DNA of 64,000 nt from Tubiluchus corallicola (taxonomy: Eukaryota; Animalia; Priapulida): the NCBI GenBank assembly GCA_030141605.1, contig JAQGDQ010000173.1:124001-188000 (forward strand). Direction: 5' to 3'. The position numbers and the translations under genes were made by a program. The notes under the pieces are model-generated. The model was not told where the DNA came from. It saw only the letters and a program-made list of their open reading frames with translations, and searched no databases. This document shows, piece after piece, positions 12,196-27,100 of the stretch; within the stretch, counting starts at the first letter, position 1; each line of letters opens with the position of its first letter.

Positions 12196-15100
12196 TTAAT
12201 AATCTAAATAACTAAAACCAGCAGCTGATTTACGCTGCATGATTTCAAATGGTTTATCTTCCAACAACATTGACTGCAACAAGAGATCCTGTAGTTCCAG
12301 CTGGTGCTGATATTTATTACCTGTTGCTGTTGAAGGTGCTGGTGGCCTGCCAATGTATCTGAAAGCAATGAAAACCAGGGATGAGAATGACAAATTGCAA
12401 AAAACTCTGAAACAGGCTGGATGTTTGAGGGCAGCAACAAATTGCAAAAAACTCTGAAACAGGCCGGGTGTTTGAAGGCAGCAACAAATTGCAAAAAAAC
12501 TCTGAAACAGGCCGGATGTTTGTGGGCAGCAACAAATTGCAAAAAACTCTGAAACAGGCCGGGTGTTTGAAGGCAGCAACAAATTGCAAAAAACTCTGAA
12601 ACAGGCCGGGTGTTTGTGGGCAGCAACAAATTGCAAAAAACTCTGAAACTGGCCGGGTGTTTGAGGGCAGCAACAAATTGCAAAAAACTCTGAAACTGGC
12701 CGGGTGTTTGAGGGCAGCAACAAATTGCAAAAAACTCTGAAACAGGCCGGGTGTTTGAAGGCAGCAACAAATTGCAATTTTGTGACCATAGAGAACCTCT
12801 AAGTGGACTTAAAATATCAATTACCTTGTTTCATGCATAATTTAAAATACCCAACTATCAAGGATACATGATGTATATGATCGTGAAGCTTCAAAAAATT
12901 AACAAATTTTATTTTGCATATATTTTGTTGCCTATGTTTCATAAATTATAAAATTGAACTTGGTTTTATTCAAATTACGCTTTGGTATTTCGGTTTTTTG
13001 TGTTTGGAGGCCTCCAAGCTTCACATTTGTCAGCAATGAAGATATGCCGCATTGCTATAAAAGACATGCTAAAAATCGCACAGAATCTCAAATAAATGAT
13101 ATTTACGCTTTATTTGAACTATTATAGCCAAAATTTTTCAGCGATTTTTAATATATAGCAGATACAAACTAAGTAGGATAAATACCTCGAGAAAATGCTA
13201 CTGAAAGTTTCGGTTACGATTCCGACGAAAACGAGGTTCAACCCCGAAAAATTTTCTCAACGAATTTACGCGATTTACAAAAATGGCACTACTGGTCTTC
13301 CAAAAACTCAGAATTCCGCGTATCCGCGGAAAATTCTCATCCCTGGAAAACTTGCAGAAAAAGAACATTTGTACGCTCACAAGTGAAACTGGGTACCTGC
13401 TTTGAATACTGATATGTCGAAATATACTAATGATATCTTCACTGACAGTATTTAGAAAGTTACATGTAATCAGATTGTATAATTAGAACATCAACTAAAA
13501 CAAGATTGGGTTTATATGCATACAAGCATTAGAAGATCGTACCACTTTTCTACATTACAATAACAGCACATTTAATGTTCTAAAGACGGTTTAGAGACAA
13601 CTGCTGTAGTACGCTGTGCTAAAAATGCAGAGACTTCAAACCAGGTTAAGCTGTCGAAGAAGTAGGAAATCAAAACCCAGTCTTTGTTCTAAAATTTTTC
13701 CACATATATAAAATATGTTGCCTTAGAACATCTACGGCCAAATCACGTTGAAAACACCAGTTCTCGTCTGATCACCGAAGTTGAGCAACGTAGAGCCTGG
13801 TTAGTACTTGGATGGGTGACCGCCTAGGAATACCAGGTGCTGTAGGCTTGTGGGATACCCACACTGTATATCGACACTAGGCGGAGGAGCTACACAAGCA
13901 GCCAACGGCTAGAGGACGGAGGAGGTTAAGTGACCCAATGGCCATGTGTAGAGGAGTAAACCTTCCAAATCAGGAGTGGAGCCCCGAAGGCAGACCAGTG
14001 CAGCATGCTCACTGACTCTGGCAGCTCCTGCAGCCAACCTGGTGCCAAACGTATCGCTCCGGTTTCCTTTGGACTACACCAGGGAGGAAGAGAGGGGGTT
14101 CCTGTTGTCTGGGCAACTCAGGATCTCCATACACCTTGCCCAGGCGTGTGCCCTGGAGACGTTCAAGGATCGCACTGCTCAGCCACAGTCCATGCTGCAG
14201 CTCTTGGTGCACACTCCATTGTCTTCCGAGACAGAAGGATGCCAACAACAATGCCTTAGAACAAGGGGGACGGTTACAATGAGGGCGATGGAGATTCTCA
14301 TAGCATTTGGCGATGCATGAATAGAGGTGCCCCGCATGTGACTGGTGCGAAACTAAGCAAATGCGCAATGTCAAACGGTTAAATTCGATCAAAAGTTTGT
14401 TATTGCTGAAAAATGACTACACGGATTATTGAAAATACATGTAGCCAGTTTATTACGGTAATAATGGAATTGAAATGAGCTGTTTATCACTTTTCTTCTA
14501 TAAGTAACACTGAAAACTGGCAACAAAAACTACGAATGGCTAAGAAAGGAAACACAAAATTTTTTGTGATTAACAGTGAAAGCAAAAAAAAAACTACGAA
14601 AACTTAAAAAATAAAGAAATACGCATTGCTTTTTAATCTATTCGCATTCCACAATCAATCTTCATCGTCTAAGTTATCTTATTTACTTTGCCACTCACAT
14701 TTTTTATTTATTTTTATTTATTTTATTTATTAAATATATCCACAACGATCATTACAGCATTGTACATAAAAGTATTTAATAACATATTTATTATTATGTA
14801 CACAAGATGCCAAGCCGCAAATGACCCGTGGGGTACTCAAGAAGTAATTACTTGTTTAGAGCACCCCAAATGAATGTGGACTGAGTGTAATAGAAAAGAG
14901 CAGTAAAGGAGTAGAAAGAAGGGTTAATAGAGAATAGAAAGAAGGAGAAAGATGTGATGGTATCTGTATGAAGTAACGTGAACTATAGAAATGTAAAAAT
15001 TGACATAGCCAGCAACGCTATGGATTCCGACAGGGACAGCAGCGTAATTAATCAAATTGATTTATTCTGTATAATTAGAAAAGATTTCACTTTTAAGGTT

Positions 15101-18100
15101 GCTTTTGAAGTTATTTATAGATAAAGAATTTTTTATGTATTCGTTGATGTTATAAGTCTAGGGCCAGTGTTAGTGATGAAGTGCCTTGCCGCGTCAGTCC
15201 TGCAATACTTAACAAGATATTGAGTAAGTCTTACGTTAATAGATAATGGGTTTAAAAAGAAAGCTTGATGAAGTTGTAGATGTAAACAGCGGTATTCAGG
15301 TTTATTAGATCATTTAGCACTAGGACAGAATAATGCTTAAAACGATCACATGCGAGCAGTAACATAACATGACGGCGTCAGAAAAAAGCAACTGGATCAC
15401 AAATACAGAAATAAACGGAAATTTTGTAGAAATCAAAACATTTACAAACAATTGTCTACAGTAGATGCTGTTGTTGCTTGCTAAATACAAACACAGTTAG
15501 TAACACGTGTTAAAGAAAGACAGGATGATTTTTCATACACTACCCCATTTTCAAATCCGATTAAAGGTATACATTTTAACGCAATTAACACTGCAAAAGC
15601 GTTTCTGATAATTAAATTACAGATTAAAAACTTAATTAACGGCAGGCGATCCCAATTAGTGATGACATCACAAACTAACGTAATTTTCAACAGCGACAAT
15701 ATTCTACGAGCGTATTGCACATGTTTCCGAAAGCGTTTCTGAAGTACATAATGTATGCATAAGTTTATGTTTGGTGGGACAGGAATATGCATTAGCCCAT
15801 GTTAGTTGAAAATTATTCTATTATGAGGTGACACCAGTTCTGCACACAGGGTTAGTACCACTACAATGTGCATATCGTGGTGACATCTATCATTAATAAT
15901 GAGAAAACAGCATGAGCTGACACTCTTTAATGTAGTAGTGTACTGGCATGTCAGCTGACAGATTTATGAACCATTTGTTCAAGGCAAAGTGGATTTGTGA
16001 AACTAACACAAGCAGTGGACTACGGGAATCAACATCGTTACCTGATTTCGTGCTTCCTACGTAATGCAGTAGTGAATCGAGGCTGAACATATCCCCATCC
16101 GCCCATGTTCTTGTGCTCTTCTTGAGTCCAGACGATCTCCGCACCTGGATAACGCTTTGCTTCCTTTTCAACCAAATCAAAAGGAAAGGGAGATAACTAC
16201 AAAAAAATTATAAATTATTAAAAATTGAGAAATTACGAAATTTTTCTTTTAACCAAAAAAAATTAAAAATTTGATCAGCAAAAATTGTGGATGTTAACAT
16301 AAAAAACTACACGAATCTCTAATAAAAGTGATGAATGATACAGGGTGTCCCAGAAGTTCTATTTCTCTATTTTTAACAAACAAAGCAAAACGTTTGAATA
16401 TTGGTACAGATAAACTAAAACCTCGAGCAATTCATTTGGTCAAATTAGTCAAAAAATCCGGAAAGAACTACTGCAATAGTAGCTTTGTTATATTCGCTAC
16501 CTTCTTCGGTACCTTCAAGAACTTTAGTGGCAAACCAGACGGCAATGAGGAAGTTTCTCACTGAATATAAGGGGTGAGGAAGCCCTGTACTTTGTTGAAA
16601 AATTATATTGTTTCATCCAGGGATGAGAATGACAAATTGCAAAAAACTCTGAAACAGGCCGGGGGTTTTGGGGCCACGTAGGCCCCCAATGGGTTTCAAG
16701 GGAACCCCCTTGAAGCCAGCAACAAATTGCAATTTTGTGACCATAGAGAGCCTCTAAGTGGACTAACAATATCAATTACCTTGTTTCATGCATAATTTAA
16801 AATACCCAACTATCAAGGATACATGATACCTAATTGTCTCAAAAACGTCTAAGTACTGGCCGCTCCTATGCAAAAGTATATATGAAAACTGTCTGCAATT
16901 GACTCAAATAACTCCGCATAATTCATTCTATATTTTTATACACAGAGATATACACGTGGTTACACTGATGTACGTGATGTAAACAAAGTGACGGCCTGCC
17001 AACTACCGGTCAGCTTGTGAAATGGTCTTCCAAAAACTCGGAATTCCGCGTATCCGCGGAAAATTCTCATCCCTGGTTTCATCCATATGGTGCTCTGGAT
17101 ATCTACCAAATTTCAGTTGGTGGTTAAAGAACCTCTTTCCAGGCTAATTTCGCACATCATTTTGAATATAGCTGTTGTCGCAATAACAACGAGGTTCAAG
17201 GCAAAAATAAATACGTAAGTAAAAAAATTGTACAAGTCCTCTTTAGCTTCATGGAGCAGCCGGCCAATATATGACAAAAATTTAAAAGGAAAATGAGAAA
17301 CTACAGTGTGTACTGACTTTTGAGACACCCTGTACATTATAATGATTAAAAAATACCTGTTCAATTCTGGCAATCGCTACTTCGTTTTCCATATTTACTT
17401 TCTCCCTTTCTTTTATCAAGTCGTAATAAACTTTGCCAGAGCAAAATATCAATCTTTTTACATTAGCACTGTTTCCTTTAGCTGCCCCTGTTTCAGGAAT
17501 CAACCTTTGAAAGGTAGAACCTAGGAAAAACAATTACTAAACATGGTGCTACTAGCTTATAATAGTGTCAAATTTTGGCGTGAAAAAGTTTGCTAATATT
17601 TAAATACCGTTGCTAAACAAAAACATTATTTCTTATTAAAACATTAGATAGACAGCCTGGAAGGCTTTTACATTAACACAAAGTTACTGACCTTCGGTCA
17701 TTTCATCAAAGCTGCTACGTGCATCTGGATGTCGGAGCAAACTTTTCGGGGTGAGCAAAACTAACGGCTTGCGAAATGGCAGAAGAATCTGACGACGCAA
17801 GATGTGAAAAAGGTTAGCAGGAGTCGTACAATTTGCCACAATCCAGTTGCAGTCATTGAGCTGTTCAATTGCAAATGTGTTTGCAACCGGCTGAAAATAT
17901 AACAGTAATCATGATAAATAAACTAGTTTAATCTTTTATTGTTACTAACCTAGCCACTGGGGGGGGGGGGCAAGCCAGCCCAACTCAGTGCCAGTCCCAA
18001 GCCCGGATAAATAGGGAGGGTTAGGGTCAGGAAGGGCATCCGCCTGTAAAAACTGCGCCAAAACCTTCTATGAATGAGTCGGTGAGACTTAAAGGTAAAG

Positions 18101-21100
18101 CCCACAAAGAAGTGGTCAGACCCGCTCTAATCTATGGGCTGGAAGCAGCTTCTCTAAAGAAGACCGAAGAGAAGAAAATGGATGTGGTGGAGATGAGGAT
18201 GTTGAGATGGGGGGACACCTGAAAAGAAGAGTCGGTGAGGATCATGTGGGGAGGGAGGCCTTAGAGAGAAGAACATAAATGAAGAGATGGTCAACAACAG
18301 GAATGCGTGGAGAAGACTCATTCACCCCGCATAGGGAAAAGCTGGGAAGAAGAAGAATCTTTTATTGTATTCAATAGTATTCTTTCATATTACAAAACAG
18401 AAGTTTTAGATAGATGCAAAATTCTGACATGGAAATGTACATTCTCTAAAAAAAAGAAGTACCCTTTTTGGATAATAGTTGATTAGAGTATGTAACTGAA
18501 AGTTGAGATGATATTTCTTATTTCGTGAAAAGTGGCTAACAACTTTAAGAATCGTGGACTAGAAATCAAAAATAAGTTACTAATTGACTATTATAAACTA
18601 TTCTTCGCATTGTGTGACAAAATCTGCATTTTGCAGCATCAATTAGTAGTGGAGGCCATAGCCATTTTACATAAATTAATCATGATTAACTCCTTCAGGA
18701 CCGCACCATTCAAAATAGGTCTTATAAGGTCTATGACTTTTCTGATACTGTATGAGCACAGACATAACTAAATGATTACAAATTAAGTACTGTTCTGTTC
18801 AGGAGAATCTCGGCTGTACAATTATTCTATTTGTTTAAACACCTATAAGTGATTTTGGTGGATAAAATTAAGAAAAGCACGCCATTTTCACGCACTCCGA
18901 CTTAGCCTATTGAGTAGGTTAGTCTGGTATACACTTGCGTGATCGTGCACCATGTACATAACTGGCTGCTGTGCAGAGTTCCAGGAAAAACTAAATGATC
19001 AGCCTAGAAGAAATAAAGGTCGCTTCATCTATTAATAGGAATTTTCCTTAAAAATAGAGTAGACTTGAGGTCAAAGTGTATCAGAGTGTTGTGTCTGGAT
19101 AGTTCAAATTTTCTGCATTAACCCGATTTCACACAAGTGATACTGTACATTATTACTGTGCAAACACTGCAGTTACTGAAAGCTTTTTTTCAATTTTTAG
19201 TCAAAGATCGATTTTTAATTTGTCTAAGGTAAGCAAATGCATTTCATGTATAATTTTGCATGAAAATTCATTGTATAAAGAGTAGAAACCTACAAGAATT
19301 ATCAAATATAACATAATCGCTGCTTAATGAGAGCAGTTTTTCATGAAGCCATGCAAAATGCAGCAAACGCTTACAATCCTGAAGGAGTTAAATTGCTAAG
19401 GAGATTACCTACTGTAAACACTATGTATATTTTACAATTAGAAAGTAAAATGGAACTAGCACACAGAGAAGTCCTAAAATCTGTGACGTTGTCATGCCAT
19501 AGTCCCTGATTAAAAATTTCAGCAGGACTCATTTAAGCTGAGCTCACCTGAGATAGATTACTGCTTAATTAAGGTAAAACTGCTTAAAATCAGCAGGTGC
19601 AATTTTCGATCGCGTATTTCTAAGAATTTGGATGAAGAATTCGTTTTGGAGTCTCTGGAGGTGCCTTAGCAGACCTACAAAACTTCGACGCCAAGAAAAT
19701 GATGCTGCATTTTAACTTAAAATAACGCTACCCTTGATATTATTACCAAAAATATCTTTGTTAATTATTTTTCACCAGATCTGGTTAAGAGAATAAATTA
19801 ATACTCGGCCTTGAAAGGAATTCTCTAACAAATTTATTAACCCTTTCATACCCGTTGTATCCCGTGGGATACGAGAATATTTTCTGCCTCCAGATATAAT
19901 AAAATTTTAAAACTAATAGACTAAAAATAGACTAAAAACGGTGATAAAATGATAAACTAGAAAATCTACATAGCATAAAAAACTGCAAGGTACAGTACTT
20001 TAGAGACGACATTGTACAGATCAGCATAGCATGCATACTAAATGTCTTAAATACTTTAAAAAATTATCAGCAGTTGCAAAATGAAGCACATTTTATGCTT
20101 CCACTGAATCCCAATGTATCCCGTGGGATACAGGCTATATTTAGCACGCGGGCACAGGTAGAAATAAAATAATTATGTGTAAACAAGATGGACATACTGA
20201 ACAAAAGTACTAAATCGAAAAAAAATTTTCTTACAAAAATAATTAGGCACTGAAAGGGTTAAACTAGCGTTTCTCTAAGAAACAGTTTATTATTCTGTGT
20301 GAAATAATTTATTATTCTGTGTGTTAAAATAAAAAAACACCGTTTGTACAATATTAAATTACCGGATAGTAATCGGGATCATCACTACACATTTGCAAAA
20401 ACCGTTCTGGCCGGGCACTCGAATGTTCAGGTCCCATGCCTTCGTATCCGTGTGGCAACAGCAGCACAAGACCATTTTGCCGCATCCATTTAGCTTGACC
20501 GCTGGACAGAAATTGGTCAATGATGCACTGAGCTGTGTTAGAAAAGTCACCAAATTGTGCCTCCCAGAGGACTAGAGCATCAGGATTGGTGATTGAGTAT
20601 CCTAACTCAAAACCTGCAGGCAAGATACACAATTAAAGAAATTACACATTTTATTTTGAAAGGCGAAATTAAATCACGTACTTAGCGTAATTTTTACAAC
20701 ACGGAATGACACCTGACAAGAACTATATTAGACATGTTTTAAACAAATTCTGAAATGAATGAATGAATGAGTGAGTGAGTGAACAGACAAGTGAACGAAC
20801 CTAAAAACGCATGAGTGAGCGAATAGATAAATGATCGAACGAATGAATAAACGAAAATGCAGACTTAGAATTAGAACGAATAACTGTACGAGTAAAAAAA
20901 TAAACGAATGCATGAAGGATTGATTTGCTTAGCCAGTTGGTTGAATGAATAAATAAACGAACGAACGAATGATTAAATAAATAAACGGATGGACGAATAA
21001 ACGAATGATTAAATGACTGAAAAAGCGAACGAAAAAAGTAAGTTACTAATCGAAATGGATTAACGAATGAATGAATAAATGAAAGAATAAACTAGCAATC

Positions 21101-24100
21101 AAGTGTTCGAACGGACAAAAAAACGAACAAGATTCAGCAAATGAATAAAAACTTTATGCGGTTTCAGAACTTTTGAATAAAGATGTGCTACAGAGTTGCA
21201 AAACGAGCGAACTGTATAATTTGTCAAATTTTAATGACCTAGGGTGCCAAGTTTTTTGTTCTGCACCAAAATAGGCCCGATTCTTAATCAAATTGTATGT
21301 TTGTTGAAATCTCGTACCAATGCACCACAAAAGACAGATAAGGCACGTGGCATGTTAACTGATACTTGTTGAAATCTCGTACCAATGTATCACAAAAGAC
21401 AGATAAGGCACGTGGCATGTTAACTGATACTTGTTGAAATTTTGTACCAATGTATCACAAAAGACAGATAAGGCACGTGGCATGTTAACTGATACTTGTT
21501 GAAATCTTGTACCAATGCACCACAAAAGACAGATAAGGCACGTGGCATGTTAACTGATACTTGTTGAAATCTCGTACCAATGTACCACAAAAGACAGATA
21601 AGGCACATGGCCTATTAACTGATACTTGTTGAAATCTCGTACCAATGTACCACAAAAGACAGATAAGGCACGTGGCATGTTAACTGATACTTGTTGAAAT
21701 CTCGTACCAATGCACCACAAAAGACAGATAAGGCACGTGGCATGTTAACTGATACTTGTTGAAATCTCGTACCAATGTATCACAAAAGACAGATAAGGCA
21801 CGTGGCATGTTAACTGATACTTGTTGAAATTTTGTACCAATGTATCACAAAAGACAGATAAGGCACGCGGCATGTTAACTGATACTTGTTGAAATCTTGT
21901 ACCAATGCACCACAAAAGACAGATAAGGCACGTGGCATGTTAACTGATACTTGTTGAAATCTTGTACCAATGCACCACAAAAGACAGATAAGGCACATGG
22001 CATGTTAACTGATACTTGTTGAAATCTCGTACCAATGCATCACAAAAGACAGATAAGGCACATGGCATGTTAACTGATACTTGTTGAAATCTCGTACCAA
22101 TGCATCACAAAAGACAGATAAGGCACGTGGCATGTTAACTGATACTTGTTGAAATTTTGTACCAATGTATCACAAAAGACAGATAAGGCACGTGGCATGT
22201 TAACTGATACTTGTTGAAATCTTGTACCAATGCACCACAAAAGACAGATAAGGCACGTGGCATGTTAACTGATACTTGTTGAAATCTCGTACCAATGCAC
22301 CACAAAAGACAGATAAGGCACGTGGCATGTTAACTGATACTTGTTGAAATCTCGTACCAATGCACCACAAAAGACAGATAAGGCACATGGCATGTTAACT
22401 GATACTTGTTGAAATCTCGTACCAATGCACCACAAAAGACAGATAAGGCACATGGCATGTTAACTGATACTTGTTGAAATCTCGTACCAATGCACCACAA
22501 AAGACAGATAAGGCACATGGCATGTTAACTGATACTTGTTGAAATCTTGTACCAATGCACCACAAAAGACAGATAAGGCACGTGGCATGTTAACTGATAC
22601 TTATTGAAATCTCGTACCAATGCGCCACAAAAGACAGATAAGGCACGTGGCATGTTAACTGATACAAATTTTTTAAAAGCCTGTATGTTTGCACAGCGAA
22701 AGATAGAGAATATGCTTCAAATTTATGCTACCTGGCAAGAAAAATCAAAGTTAAAGAGTTTGATTAAAAACGTGAAGGAGAACATGAAAAACTAACGGAT
22801 ATTAAAGTTTACCTAAAACTCCGAATTCGGAAAGACTGCTGTTATGAATGCTGTAAGGAGCTTGAGTACTTGACAGGTTAGCCAAAGGATTATATAGTTT
22901 TTTGTCAACTTCTTGATCGTGCAGAACATGATGACGATGGCTGGAAGAAAAAATCAGTGAATAAATTAATAGCTGGCATTGAAAAAGTGGATGAAAGTTT
23001 TGATCCGTGTGTAGAATTAAAAAGCAGATTTTCTGGATGAAGAAATAATTGATTATGAAGCTGTGGATAATTATGTTTTGCATAATTCTTCGTTTTCGTC
23101 GTGATGTCCATTGCGTCTCTGTTCCTTTTTTCCTTGCGACTGTACCTTCTTTTAAGCGTGACATGTTTTCGTGTCAGTAAATATATATATATATATATAT
23201 ATATATAAGAAAACACAAAAATCAGCATTTAGTAATTTTATGTGATTTTTTTTAACCTTTTTAGTCTTTCACCTGATGATGAATCACAGTGATGGTTTGA
23301 AATGTGTTTGCTTTTCCTTTAATTGTGAAATTTTTCAATCATCAATTGTACCGATTCTTTAAATTTGCAGAATTAATAAACTTTATTTAGAAAAACCAAA
23401 AAAGAAGAATAATTAATGCAGGGCTTCTTAACGCACGGACACACGGAGCAGATGCCTAGGGCTGTTTATGTCGCGACTTGCTATTGATAAATAAATACTG
23501 TTGGTGTCAAGCAATTCAATCTAGCATTCTATAATTATTTGTTTTCTTTTCGTATTTTTACAAACAGGCATTTCCTGAAAGTGTTTAAAACGAAGCTAGC
23601 CTTAGTCATGTGACCTAAGCTTTAGTAGTATACGCCACCTATCAATCACACTTGTTTTTACACGTAGTTACATTTTCTGTTGCCGCTATGCTAATCATGC
23701 CGGTTGGTGATACTTGCATTGCTTTGTCTATTTTGTTACAATCTAACAGACACTAGAGGTATCTTCAAGCCAAAGTTGTCACCAGTCAATGTAAGTCACC
23801 ATCTACTTTAATAATTAGTTAATAGTTTAAATTGGTTAGAATTGCTTCAAATGTCTAGAATCAGGAAGTAACAATTTGTGTTTCAATCTTCTTAAATCTA
23901 ACTTTTCATTTTGTCTAAAATAGTAATAACCTTTAGCACGTTCTTAAGCACTTTTTGTGAGCTGTTATTTTAATAAATTGCAGGTCTATCTCGCAGTTCA
24001 ATACTGATTTTTGCCATTTCTTTGCCTGGACTGGGCGCATCCACAAATACTATATGGTACTAAACTATAAATATTTGTTATTAAATTACAATTTTTCTTG

Positions 24101-27100
24101 AACATTTGATTAATAATAGTTTGTAGTAATTTCATACTGTGCCGTCTGTATGATTTACCAATTGAATATCTTTCATATTTTGAAATTTTTGTATTTTCCA
24201 AGGCTCATGTTCTATAGTTCAAAAGTTTATTGATTAATATACTTCAAACGTTTATTGATTTATTTGATTAATCCTTGCTGTACAGCATGTTTTTAATGTT
24301 TAAACACTGGTTTTGTTGGAAAGTATCAATACAATAAATATATATCTTATTGACCATTTATATTTTTATTCCTGTGAGTGGTTGTGGAGGTACGGGGCCC
24401 CAGTGCACTGCTTTGCCCGTTAACATGGCCCTGAATTAATCAAATGTTTGCTGACTGGGAAATGCGCTCCTTTACTGTAGAAACACAAGAAACGCATTGC
24501 ACAAAAACAGATGCTGTACCTCTCAGTTCAGATGTGTTAGTTTTTGACGAACTAAAAACGTTCGACAGCACAGCAATAAATTTGAAATTTAAATTTTTTA
24601 TCTTAAAACTTGCCTAAGTTTTAGTACAAACATTGAATATCTTACAGTAGCACTGTACTTCAATTTTCGCTTTCGCAAACACGAGCAACACGGTCATGGA
24701 ATATTTTTGCTGTTGAAAATTATGTTAGTTTGTGATGTCATCACTAGTTGGGCTCACACGCCATTAATGGAGTTTCTAATCTAATTTAATTATCAGAAAC
24801 GCTTTTGCAGTATCAATTGTGTTAAAATGCATACTTTTTATCTAATTTGAAAATGGGGAAGTATATGAAAAATCATCCTATCTTCCTTTAACTCAAACCT
24901 GGACCAAATTAATTTATCTTTTACTATAACAATATTGCCCAACAGACCTGAATGTGCCTCTCTCAACATCCTGGCCACTCAGACGTACATGAATGCCCTC
25001 TAGTAGTAAAGAGCCAAAAGCAAATGCTTCTCCCAGAGCCCAATCTGCAACACGGTTCTGTATCATCTTCTGTCGGTCTTTTAATGTCCTCTGCAGAGCT
25101 AATATAAAAAATAATATAATATATAATATATCACTACAAACAATGAAGTTAATGCGGTTAGCGTAAAATGGAACACTGCTTATAGAAAAATATTCGATTT
25201 TAGACAAAATGAAAGCGTCAAATTGTAGCAAATGAACTGCCAAGAACTTTATTATCTTAATCAGAAAGTCCTCGCTTACCGACTCCCCATTTAGTGATGT
25301 CTCGTTTTAACGACGCGGAACGTCTGACACCTTTTTTTCACTTAAAGACGCATTTTAACAAAGAATTTTTTTTACTTTCCTCAAAGCCAATTTTTATTTT
25401 ATCATCACCTTTTTTTACCTAATTTGATACATTAAAACAGTACATATTGCATTATTCTAAACTTATTATTATTATTAGTGTAAAAATATGCTAGTAACAT
25501 AAGCGCAGCAATTATTATCTACGTACATACGTTTTGGCTACCCAAATGGCCACTAAATGTCAGCCGTTTGTATCATTCCAGACCGGGAAGGAATGCTGCT
25601 TGCAACCTGTTGCTATAGCAACCAGATTAAGTATGTAGATAAAATTCCCAAGGTCGCCCTAGGGCCTGGCTTTGACTCTACTGCAGTCTTTATTATTCAA
25701 CAGTTGCCTAGTCTTAAGTGACGACAAAACGGTTAGTTAGGTAGGTAAGATATATAGGTGGTTTCAAGAAAACAGAAAAAAAATATTTAGTAGAAGCATG
25801 GGTGAAACTCATCAAACATTTGGCCTTCCATAGGTTTTACACGTCAAGTGTAGACACAGGAAAGTTCAAATGTGACTTAGGTAAGTCAAATGTAGACATA
25901 GGAATTTCGAATGTGTTTTGGTAACTCAAATGTGACTTAGGTAAGTCAAATGTAGATGCATTACTTTGAATAAATAGGTAATTAGCTCATTTAAGTGCAA
26001 ATTACAAAAAGATAAACCAAAGATAGTCGTCACCTCTTTCAGAACTTTGAAAAATGTGTTGTTTATCTCTTGCCAAAGAACAGTGAATCACTAATTAGCT
26101 TTTTAAGTAATGCATTAGCACTGCATTAATGAATTAGTTTGTCTCAAAAAACATTTTTTATTTTAAGAATGTATTGTTTTCTCTAACAGTTACAATGGTA
26201 TGTAAAGTTTACAGAATATTAGTGAACCTATAACGTTGTTATTTTAACTTACGAGCAATTATTAAATTGAAATTAAAGAAGATTAAATTTTAACATCCTT
26301 AAATTTTACCACCTATCCACATTTGAGATACCAATGTCACATTTGACGTGACATGTGTCTACATTTGACTTACCAAAAACGCTTAAGATTTGTTGAAAAC
26401 CATTGTTAACACATTTGAACTACGTAAGTCTACATTTGAGTTACCAAGACACATTTGAATTACCTAAGTCTACATTTGAGTTACCAAGACACATTTAAAT
26501 TACCTAAATCTACATTTGAGTTGACGCAGGTCTATATTTGACATGTAAAACCTACATGAAGCAAATAGTGGTGGTAAAGTACACTAGTTTCTTACCACGA
26601 TGAACATTAAAATCTTCTGGATAAGAACTGAACTTCTGGCCAATGTCTCTGAGGATGTCTTCCCGGACTCCACTTTTGGGTAACTTGAGTGGGTCTTTGC
26701 CGGCAAAGAAACCTGGAAAAAACGAATAAACAAATAGAACTACACCAACTGAAACCACCAACACAACACCAATAGAACTTCCTTTGATTCAACAAGTCTT
26801 TAGGAAATCTAGTGTTTCTGTAAATAGCAAAACACGCATTATAAAACTAGTAAAGTAAAAGTAGATGCCTGAACATTACAGTTTCAGGGAGACATCCGGT
26901 TTCACAAACAAAACAGTCACTTAATTTAGAAGGCATTCCCTATTTTTTCTGCAAAATGATGAAAGTAGATGAAAGATTAGCAAACCAAGAAAAAGCTGGT
27001 TTTAACTTTTAAATGTATCCACAATTTCTGGCTCAGAAGAATTCTGGCAGTGATACACGGCTAAATGAGACAGCAGAGAGTCTTTTAAGAACAACTATAA

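Noticed and set aside
12196-12789. 137-197-aa ORFs in three frames
   Set aside because: Produced by the 47-bp tandem repeat; only 12196-12358 is the real OGDH last exon.
13731-13849. Functional 5S rRNA genes (also near 28064, 29390 and 39157)
   Set aside because: No oligo-T terminator, copy-specific substitutions, always fused to the same body and mostly enclosed by TSDs, so these are SINE heads.
13976-14320. Recurrent [21 protein letters not shown] in all SINE copies
   Set aside because: GTG start, several frames open at once in GC-rich sequence, and different ends between copies; no evidence of coding constraint.
21302-22666. CRISPR-like array (also 9423-9976 and 12392-12775)
   Set aside because: Head-to-tail units with no unique spacers, no cas genes, eukaryotic intron context.
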